The notes under the pieces were generated by a model that worked only from the letters and a program-made list of their open reading frames with translations, searched no databases and was not told where the DNA came from. Positions 27,401 to 37,136 of a stretch of 64,000 bases of DNA are shown here, piece by piece. The stretch lies in contig NW_004797280.1 of NCBI RefSeq assembly GCF_000002075.1, positions 2,508,002 to 2,572,001 of the forward strand. Reading direction: 5' to 3'. The DNA comes from Aplysia californica. Lineage: Eukaryota. A program made the position numbers and the translations under genes. The number at the start of each line of letters is the position of its first letter. Within the stretch, counting starts at the first letter, position 1.

Positions 27401-29404
27401 GATTTAGCCCCAAATTGTTGACTTTACGCAAGCTTAACACTCACGCGGTTGACAGTATCAGAAACACAATCAGATCTACTTAAAATTACTTGAACAAAAA
27501 GGTAAAAAATGAGACCACAGTGAGGTGTTGACTGAAAGCAAGAGTTGACTTAAAGTAAGCAAGTTGACTATCAGGATTCCACTGTATCTGTTATTACTGA
27601 TCATTATGCTGAAAACAAATAGTGAAATTAGTTATCATCAATAAAGGCAGTGTTCTTCAGTATGTAAAAAATATTTTTTCACCTCACAAAAGTGTAAGAC
27701 ACCCCCNNNNNNNNNNNNNNNNNNNNNNNNNNNNNNNNNNNNNNNNNNNNNNNNNNNNNNNNNNNNNNNNNNNNNNNNNNNNNNNNNNNNNNNNNNNNNN
27801 NNNNNNNNNNNNNNNNNNNNNNNNNNNNNNNNNNNNNNNNNNNNNNNNNNNNNNNNNNNNNNNNNNNNNNNNNNNNNNNNNNNNNNNNNNNNNNNNNNNN
27901 NNNNNNNNNNNNNNNNNNNNNNNNNNNNNNNNNNNNNNNNNNNNNNNNNNNNNNNNNNNNNNNNNNNNNNNNNNNNNNNNNNNNNNNNNNNNNNNNNNNN
28001 NNNNNNNNNNNNNNNNNNNNNNNNNNNNNNNNNNNNNNNNNNNNNNNNNNNNNNNNNNNNNNNNNNNNNNNNNNNNNNNNNNNNNNNNNNNNNNNNNNNN
28101 NNNNNNNNNNNNNNNNNNNNNNNNNNNNNNNNNNNNNNNNNNNNNNNNNNNNNNNNNNNNNNNNNNNNNNNNNNNNNNNNNNNNNNNNNNNNNNNNNNNN
28201 NNNNNNNNNNNNNNNNNNNNNNNNNNNNNNNNNNNNNNNNNNNNNNNNNNNNNNNNNNNNNNNNNNNNNNNNNNNNNNNNNNNNNNNNNNAAAAGGCACT
28301 CCTATGAGAGTGATAAATATAGTGCGAGTTGCCCCCCCATCCAAATCACATTCTCTCAACCTGCCAGATCCAATGTATCTGACTGAAAGGTGTGCAATTT
28401 CTAATGCTGAGTAAATGAAGTCAATAAATCTAACATTCTTTCTATCTTCCAATACAAAGCAGAAAGACCAACTAACAGTACCGGTACTGATATATGCACA
28501 AACACGTCTGGAACAGATAAAAGGAAACTGTTGGTGATATTCATAGTCATAGGGAAAGTCAGGTGGTTTTCTATGTGACCACTCCCGACTACCTGTCATC
28601 TATTGCAGCTCAGTATGGACGACTCAGACATTTTGAGAGACTTTACTTAAGTAATTCGCTGAACAATTACAAGCTCTTCAAGCCAAACTGAACTTGACTT
28701 ATTATCAATTCTATGGGCTTAAATCTAGTAGTGTTAAGTTCTGACCACAGAAGTTTTTATTTGCGAATACACAGGCGCTCCTTTCTTGTGTCCGCAGACA
28801 ATGAGCAAATAAACAAATCATTTGCTGAATCAAACTGCGGGCAGGCAGAAAATGATTGGTAAACTGCAAGGATTCATTTTATTCACTGCTTGAGACGCTG
28901 CTCGTTTGTGTTTTCATGAACAAGCAAGCGTCCTGAACTGGTGATGTTAATCTTTGCTGGCTCGTTCATGATGTCACAATACAGTCCCGTCTGTGCCTTT
29001 CATTCGATCTGCTAGGCCCAAGATGTAACGCTGATCACAAGAGAGTTTGGTGTATTGGGCACTGCTAGGACCTAAATATTATTTGAAACAAGCATTTTGT
29101 CTTGGAAGGTGTATACACCCCTCCACAACCCCAACCACCCTCCCCACCTACCCCACTTTCTCGCGCAATAATGTACGAGTGGTCCGGTATTCTTCAATCT
29201 TCCCCTTCCAAGATTTCAGAGGGACAGTAGGCCAGGGCTGCCTTTTATTTACAGTTTACAGTAATTTAGGCAGCCTACAGACTACAGTTTAACGGTAGTT
29301 TAACTTTTTTTAAATAAAAGACTGAAATTTAAGGCAGGAAAGAATATAACCCAAAACAAGTGGTCAAAAGATACCTTCACGTGCTGTATTTGCTCTTCCT
29401 TCAT
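20667..29404 (-). CDS. Uncharacterised MULE-transposase-derived protein with WRKY/GCM1-like zinc finger and no DDE core; one exon in assembly gap
   Basis: Exons (minus): 29404-29375 (MKEEQIQHVK); 28301-[gap]-about 27688; 25665-25553 (KWFLCQHSG...KTGCQAGMHVTIK); 23893-23621 (HWNHNHPVEAA...RDV...LFRSGHTP...FPSYHYAYR); 21297-20667 (LYTQVY...LLSALHAFGK...KRKRAKKR, stop). The last three exons join in frame at GT-AG sites. The first exon and the gap-edge boundaries are less certain. Confidence 0.75.
21391..21490. repeat. (GACA)n microsatellite
   Basis: Direct reading; degenerate right end. Confidence 0.95.
21913..22747. mobile_element. Tigger-like MITE family B
   Basis: TA-CAGTGGAGTCCACTTATAACGA...TCGTTATAACAGGATTCCACTA-TA. 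Inverted homologue at 30723-32415. Confidence 0.85.
23195..23420 (+). mobile_element. tRNA-derived SINE family 2 (diverged)
   Basis: Degenerate A/B boxes, shared core GGAGAA...GAGTATCTC.ATCTT and tail GTAAAAACACC...An; relatives at 2025-2245 (-) and 24895-25095 (+). Confidence 0.55.
24895..25095 (+). mobile_element. tRNA-derived SINE family 2 (diverged)
   Basis: GTGTAGAGGTTAGGCGC head, TCGAGTATCTCGGTCTT core, GTAAAAACATC...An tail. Confidence 0.55.
26138..26575 (-). mobile_element. Tigger family A truncated copy
   Basis: CAGCTGAAACCTGATATAACAGGG start, body aligns with 36767-37205, second TIR missing. Confidence 0.75.
26670..27013. mobile_element. Partial copy of GGTGGAATCAGG TIR family
   Basis: Aligns with 45600-45971 and ends TTGACGAGCGCCTGATTTCACCACGGTGCCTCACA. 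Confidence 0.65.
27125..27584. mobile_element. Tigger-like MITE
   Basis: TA-CAGTAGAATTCTGATAAAGTCAAC...GTTGACTATCAGGATTCCACTG-TA; internal GTTGACT repeats. Confidence 0.75.
27707..28290. other. Assembly gap (N run)
   Basis: 584 N. Confidence 1.
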
Positions 29405-29429
29405 TACAGAAATGTGCACCGAGTGTGAA

Positions 29430-29761
29430 CTGAAACACGAGAATCAAAGCCAGCCCAAAAGAAGAATCGTGTAAGAGAAAGGATTCCACTGAGTGGAAGC
29501 TTGTGTGTATTCAAACCGCATAATAATAACACAACCAAGGAAAGACAATTATATCTGTTTCATTTTTTACTGCTATTGACTACTGACTGACTACTGGTAG
29601 ATTCTTTATCCGGAAGTCCAGATTTGGCAGCAAAGTTGTGCACCTGGCTAGTTTCACTTTCTCTTTCTCTTGGACTTGGACGGTCATTGCAGTTTAGATT
29701 TTTAGTGTGTGTTGTGACTTCGTTATTTAAGTACCATTCTGTCACTGTCACTTCTGCTGTT
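29430..29761. promoter_or_regulatory. Probable bidirectional promoter between the MULE-derived gene and the aldo-keto reductase
   Basis: Divergent ATGs at 29404 (-) and 29762 (+). ETS/GABP-type motif CCGGAAGT at 29610-29617. Confidence 0.55.
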
Positions 29762-32700
29762 ATGAAACGTTCGATAGAACTAGTTAGCGCCTGGACAATG
29801 CCATACGTTGGCTGTAAGTTTCTTATTATGGGCATTGATTGATATATATAGAAGAGATAGAATCTAGAATCTTACTTAATTTTAACGCAGTGGCTACGTT
29901 CACGGCGCAGTGAATGTAGTTGGCAGGCTACGTTCACGGCGCCCTGAATGCAGTTTGCAGGCTCTGTTGAGGCTACGTCAAGGAGATTAAAAGTACCTCA
30001 ACAGCGCCTGCAAACTGCATTCAGGGCGCCGTAAACGTAGCCTGCCAACTACATTCACGGCGCCGTGAACCTAGCCTGCAGACTACGTTCACGGCACCGT
30101 GAACGTAGCCACTGCGTAATTTTAATGAATAAGCAATTAAGCAAGGCCTAATAATAATATAATCATATTCATTTATAGATCTAGACTCTAGTCAATAGTC
30201 TAGCCGTACTTAGATCTAGGTTTGGCCCTATCGACTCAAACCTGTTGAGTACACAGGTCTCATTAGATCTAGATCTAGATCTAGATCTATCTCGTAATTA
30301 TTCAAGTTTAAAATACATGCAAGTCAGTAAGACTCCTTTTGGTTTTGTCTGAATACTATTTAGGCATTGCAAACAAACAAAATTCATTTTTACAATTCAG
30401 CCATCATTATTATGTACGGCTAGCCTCTTCCATGAAATAATATCCTATCCGACCTATCATTGTAAAATAAGTCATTGGCCTAAATAATAATATTGAATAC
30501 AATTGAATGATAATATTAGCTGGTTGTTGTGCTGGCAATCTCCGCTTTTGCCACCAAGAGTAATGTAATGTCAATAGTAACTCTATTATCTATATTGGCT
30601 GGGGCATATTATAGGGTCAGGGGGTAGGGATAAGGATTGTAGGCTGTAGGATAGAAGTAAGGGTAGATCTAGCCTAATTATAATAAGCCATCGTTGAGGT
30701 CAAAACCGTGCCGTTACGTGTACAGTGGAATCCTGTTATAACGAGAGGGAGAGGACCGGAGCAAAATACAGTGGAAACCTGATATAACAGGGATGGTGGG
30801 AGTAGAGAAAATGTCCTGTTATATCCGATCCCTGTTAAAACAGAAATGCAAGGAAAGTAAGCATTTGTGGACTAATCCAGCTGTACCTATTCATGGGTAG
30901 TTTCCTTTGCCACAAGTACCCACAAACAGGTATTGGCACCAACTTTCTCCTTCCCTCCTCAAACCACATCAGAAGAGCTTGGTCCTCAGCATCTGCATCG
31001 GGTAGTCTCGTCTTCTTTCGATCCAGAGCAAACTTTCCATTGGAGTATGCTGCCACTATTTTCTCTCTATCCTTGATAATGGTGTGAATCGACCCTTGTG
31101 GAAGGTCGAACTGACGACAAATCTGCTAGTGGAGCTTGCTTCTTTTCAACAGCCTGGATTATTTCGTATTTTTTGTCAATTGAAAGGCATTTTCTCTTGC
31201 GCTTGAATTCGTTGGTGACACATTACGCTTGCGTGTTTCTAGGTTTCGGGCTAGATCGGGGTCTGAAGAGCACACCGCAGCCCTCTCTCGCTTCACATGC
31301 TGCATGTGCTTGCAATGGCATGGCTTGCGTGGGCTTNNNNNNNNNNNNNNNNNNNNNNNNNNNNNNNNNNNNNNNNNNNNNNNNNNNNNNNNNNNNNNNN
31401 NNNNNNNNNNNNNNNNNNNNNNNNNNNNNNNNNNNNNNNNNNNNNNNNNNNNNNNNNNNNNNNNNNNNNNNNNNNNNNNNNNNNNNNNNNNNNNNTGTCC
31501 CTGCTATAACCGGTTGGGCTCCGATGAGGCCTTGTTATTGCCGATAACTTTTAATAGAGACAAAGAGTAGGAAAAACGAGTATTTCAAAAATCCCTGTTA
31601 TTACCGGATCCCTGTTATTACCGGGCCTGTTATATATGGTATCCACTGTATCCGTTATAGCAGGATTCTCACTATAAGGGATCCAGTAATAAATTCAAGA
31701 GAAACTGTAAAGTAGGCCTAATCTATGAGTTTGGTGTTCTGTTTATTTCCTTTTGCTATCTCTCCTGATGATGATTTTGTTTCAACATGACCTCTAGGTC
31801 TTACTTGATAAAAAATCGAATCAGGTTTCTTTCTCTAGCGCTAGATCTAGCAATGTTGACAGACAGCTCGGCGTTGGTGATCAGAAAGAAAGGGCTCTGG
31901 GCTAACTCACCCGCTGTGTTTTCCCCCACACTACCACACCCTGTGGTGCATTCCGTCAGCTTATGCACATCACACATTCACTCCATCCATCACATTTCTT
32001 TGACCTCTCCATCCCCACATCGGAGAAGTGAGAGGCCTGGTAGGCCTTGATAATCTAAACTAGGCTTACGCTGACCTATCACGCGATGCGTTCTGCTTGT
32101 CTGCGCATGTGATACCCTCCCTACTCAGTCGCTCTGGCCTTCGTTGTTGACACACATGGGCTCTCCTATTCTTTGTTTCGCTAGATCACCAACAAGTTTC
32201 TCAACTGGCGAGGTTTTATATTATGCATAATTGGCCCATGCACTGCGCACAGCATCAGCTATATTCCGCTATAACAGACTCGCGTGTTTGTCTGATTGCG
32301 CTATAGCAGTATTTTATTTACAAAGGTAAAGAAGAGAAAAAACCAGGGTTTTAGAATAGTGCCTTTATAATAGACTTCTCGTTTTTTCCGGACTCGTTAT
32401 AAGTGGACTCTACTGTATATAAAATTATGCCTTATAAAATGCGAATGATATGTCAAGTTAATACATGCCATTCAATAGAGCCTTGCCACTGAAATAAAAC
32501 TGATATCACAGGTCACAGTGTCACTTTAATGGTGCACTGGCACACTCATTATTATTACATTTTCTCTATTGAATTATGGTATCATACTGGATTGTGGACT
32601 GCAGATATATAGGTAATAAGAGGGCTCCGGTTTGAATCACTTTAATAATATTCCGAATTTCGGTTACTTTTGGGGGGTGTTAAGGCTCTCCATCCGTCTG

Positions 32701-35700
32701 GCTTGATTCTATCGGACATGATTGTTAAATTCAGAGGTCCTCATGTCTCTTAACCTTATAACACAGTGTTGAAAGAGATGTTAAACCAGCACAGGGGCAA
32801 TGACGATCTACTCCACAGAACGTCATGTTTTGAGGTTGGCTTGCTACATGTATCATGTAAAAGCTGACAAAAATTGACTTAACTTTTGTCTTGAGTATCC
32901 TATAGGCGCCTACTGAAATGAAGTTGCTTTTTTCTTAGAGGCACATTATTAGATCAGCCAAAACACAGCATATAAAAAAATTGAGGGCCAATAAATTGAC
33001 CTGTGATAGCTCCAGAATTTAAGCTGACTCATGGTACACCTACTGCAAACTAAATCATGGCAGGAAAGGAGCATTAATTTAAGTAAGTTTTTTTCTTGAA
33101 TTGTGAGATATTTGTCTCCTGGTTACTCTGATTTTGGATAGGCTGAATATGATACTTTGAATGAGAGGATGAGGAGGCTCACTCAATATTTAAAAAATGG
33201 CTAATTTTCAAAGACTTTTGAAATATAAGCTATATTGATTATGTCCATGTTGACTGTTGTTTTATAAATTCCATTAAAAAAATGCATTCAAGCTTTACTA
33301 AAGCAACTCGTATAAAAAAAATAGTAGCATGCAAATAACGAAATCGACAGGATGCTGTATTCTTTTAATTAAATACGAACTTAGCTCTACTGTATGTAGT
33401 GTTTTGAATACAAAGAATATACACGAATAGGAAAAAATTCAGATCCAAAATATTATATGCGTGTTTAGCTATGTCTGTAATTTTGCATGCTTTTCTTGAC
33501 AGTGGGAACCTTCAAGACACGCGGCTATGATCTCTTGTATACCACACTTGATGCTGCTCTTGCTGCTGGGTACAGATCTTTTGGTAAAGTAAACTGCCCT
33601 TGAGTTAAAAGATTCCTAGAAATTTTAATTAGACTCTTCCAAGATTTAATTTGTAGCACCGTGTGTTCAGTAACCTCACTGCAGTTGGTACTATGGTAGG
33701 TATGAACGAATTTCTATATTCTTTCTGTTCTTGCTTTTTTTATCATTTACTGCGGGTCGATAATTGAAATTCCGATGTCAGTGAGTGGCTATGGTCACTT
33801 AACATTATTTCTACCTTTTTAGAAATTTGCTTTGTGCAGATATTCAAGGCTACTTAGGTCTCTACCAATTGTTCTTGATGCCTTTCTGGTCAACTTGTTT
33901 ATTTTCATGATGTGCTGTCTTCCCAAATTGCTACCATAGCAAGAGATACCAAAATTTATCAGTTTCTCTTGCAGTCATGTAGAATATCTGAAGGATGGAT
34001 GGATTCAGATTGAAAGACCTAAGTTTCCTCAGAAAGTACAGCCTCTGATTTACCTTTTTAACGATATTGTTTACGTGATTTTGCCATGTAAATTTGTTGT
34101 CAATTGAAGACCAAGATATTTGTATGAATCTGTGATTTCAGATTTAAATTGTTTCTTGTTCAATTATGAGTGGTGGGATTGTTGGTTTTTCTCTTCTAAA
34201 ATCAAAAATCATTTCCTTTGGTTTTTTTGAGAGGTTCACTTTCAGAATGTTTGAATTGCACCATTTATAAAAAATATGCTATTGACTGACATTGTGTGCT
34301 GAATAAAATACCCCAACAAGTAACCTGTATTGGTTTCTATGGAAAATGTTTGAATCACTGACCACATACATTTATACAACGTTGAAGATTTGCTTCAGGC
34401 ATGATGAAAATATGAAGTTTTAAAGATTTCATCTCCACGATTGAAAATAAGAGGTCTGAACTGGTCTGTAATAGCAATCGGCCACTAGTCAGACACTCAT
34501 GCACTTTGGAATACTGTACTGAGTACATCATTAATAGCTGCGTCATGGGCATTTGATGTTTCAGTTAGTTTGTAAGATCTTTTGTGATCAAAATATGATT
34601 TGGCAGACTTTCATATTTTATCGCTATGAAATTCAACTGTACAGTGGAGTCTGCTAAACCAAAATGGTTATCTGAAAACAGCAGTAAGCTGAAAGGAAAT
34701 TGAATCCCTGATTTTATTCTTCACTATTTGATCAATTTCTCTAAAGTGAAAACATGGCTAAACTGAAGAAAATCCAATAGTTCTGCAAATTTCGGTTAAA
34801 GCAGACTCCATTGTATGTGCAACAACAACCTTGTTTTTTGGGTTTTTTTCTTTCAGTCTGTGTTTGTCTCAAACTGCATCCCTACCACTGAGTACCTAGA
34901 TTGTCTCACTTTCCTGACTTTAATTTGACTTGTTCCTCACATTCTTGCCAGCTTTTGATTTTCTAATGAAAGAAGTATTGCTTCCTTTTTTTGTCTTTAT
35001 GTAAACTAAATTGATCCAAGTCATATTTTATTCTGATTCTATTTTGTCATGTTTTGTCTGCTGTAATTCTAAGGCTGGATGTTAATGAAAAATACATGCA
35101 ACATTATTGTTGAGCCCCTCTTTCTGTAAAAATTTCCTTTTATCTGCTTGACATTATGGAGACGAACACCCATCTCATTAGCATGATTGTTATTCTGCCT
35201 TTTCAGATACAGCATCTGTGTACAGAAATGAAACAGATATTGGGAAAGCATTAAAAGAACTGCTGCCTAAGTACAATTTGACAAGGAAGGATATATTTAT
35301 TACAAGTAAATTAGGTAAATTTGTAGTTAATGCAACAAGTGTTTTCCTTTCTCAGTAAGAATAATAGTAATAGCTCATCCGTCAATGTCTGATGATGACC
35401 AATACATCCGCAGAGAAGAATTTAATATTTCTCCATTTCTCAGTACCATATTTAAGATACAATGAATAACAGGGCTTGATGTAAATCTGTTAGAAACATG
35501 TACAGCTTTAAAAATGATATGCTACCCATTAGTGTAATTCTAATTATAGCTGATCTTGGCTCTTTTCCATTTGCATGCCCCACTGCCCATACGCCATTGA
35601 AGTCATATATATATGTACATACATTAATATAGACATACATTTACACACCCAAGTGCACATGAAGGCTTTCACTGACACTTGCACTTATAGACATGGAATG

Positions 35701-37094
35701 CTCAAAAGTCAAATATATATAAGTTATGACGAATATTTGGGAAATGTGTGCTTTTTAAAGTTTTCCATAATGATAATGTCTGCCTTTTCAAAATGATTTG
35801 CGCAGTGTATGTCTATTCTTCCTGCTTCTCCCTATCCCCCCAGCCTTTCCCCCTAACCACACACACACACACACACACGCACACACATACACGCATGCTA
35901 TATTCCTCAGCACAGCTTCATTCTTCAGTTGTTGTTTTGTTTTTCTTCACTTTGAAGGCCCAGCAGATCAAGGTGATGGCAAGGCTTCCTCAGCTTTCTC
36001 CAGATCATTGTCAAACCTTGACTGTGAATATCTTGACCTATACCTTATTCACTGGCCAGGAACTCACAAACTTCAACCTGGAGATGAGCAGCATAAAAAA
36101 TTTCGCAGGGAGAGCTGGAAAGCTGTGGAAGAGGCTCATAGACAGGGTATGTGTTACTTGTCAAGACATGGACTTTGATGTTTTCTGAAGATTTGTCAAT
36201 TGACAGATCCCATGGAATTTATTGTTTTCACATACTCATACTGAATTGCAGCTTTCTTTTTTAACCATTACTTGTCAAGGTTTCATTTACAACCTTATAA
36301 TGGGATGCCTTGTATAGCTAGTCCAGTTTTTACTGTCAGACCCTGTTTTTCTGTGTCTTTCTGTTACTGTTATTTGTTCTTTGTTAACCTCAGGCTCAAA
36401 TGATATTTTTGTGTAAACTTGAAAATTTTCTTATTCTGAATTTGGCTTTGGTTTTGCCAGTGCAAAAAAAAAAGAAAAAGAAACCCAAATGTCAGCAACA
36501 AATGCATAAAGTCTTGGCTGCTCGTCATGAGCATTGAAAAAGTACAACCATGAAATCTATGCAGGCGGTTGGAGAAGGTCTCCCCCCCCCCCCCCCTCCC
36601 AGATTTTTCCCCCCATTGTCTTGCTTATTTCCAAAACTGAAAGACTGTTTTATTACATCACAGTGGTTCTATTTACTCAATTCCTGATTTGTTAGAAATT
36701 TGCATCATAAAAATATTTTTGCTATGAATACTGAACTGTTGTAACTGTGGTTGCAGTCTATACTTACAGTGGAAACCTGATAAAAAAGGGATGGTGGGAC
36801 CAGAGAAAAAGTCCTGTTATATCAGACCCTTGTTAAATCAGAAATGCAAGGGAAGTAAGCATTTGTGGACTAATCAAGCTGTATTTACTATTTATTCATG
36901 GGTAGTATCCTTTGCCACAAGTACCCATAAACAGGGGTTTTGGCCATGTGGCAGGCCTGCGCATGACACATAACGCGTGCGTGTAGCTAGGCCTAGGGCT
37001 AGATTGAAGTCTGCAGCATACCGCAGCCCTCTCTCGCTTCACCCGCTGTGTGTGCTTGCAGTGGCCTGGCTTGTGTGGGCTTGCTCCATCACTG

Positions 37095-37136
<42 letters not shown>

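Larger units (their letters stand above)
30723..32415. mobile_element. Tigger-like MITE family B, interrupted by family A insertion
   Basis: TA-CAGTGGAATCCTGTTATAACGAG...CTCGTTATAAGTGGACTCTACTG-TA. Segments 30723-30768 plus 31651-32415 align in reverse with 21913-22747. Confidence 0.85.

Noticed and set aside
27622-28599. Long ORFs of 254 and 306 aa
   Set aside because: Artefacts of the N run.
29560-29835. 91-aa minus-strand ORF
   Set aside because: Antisense to AKR exon 1 and the promoter, with no recognisable motif.
29886-30116. CRISPR-like array of palindromic repeats
   Set aside because: No unique spacers, the arms are inverted, a TSD is present, there are no cas genes, and the context is eukaryotic.
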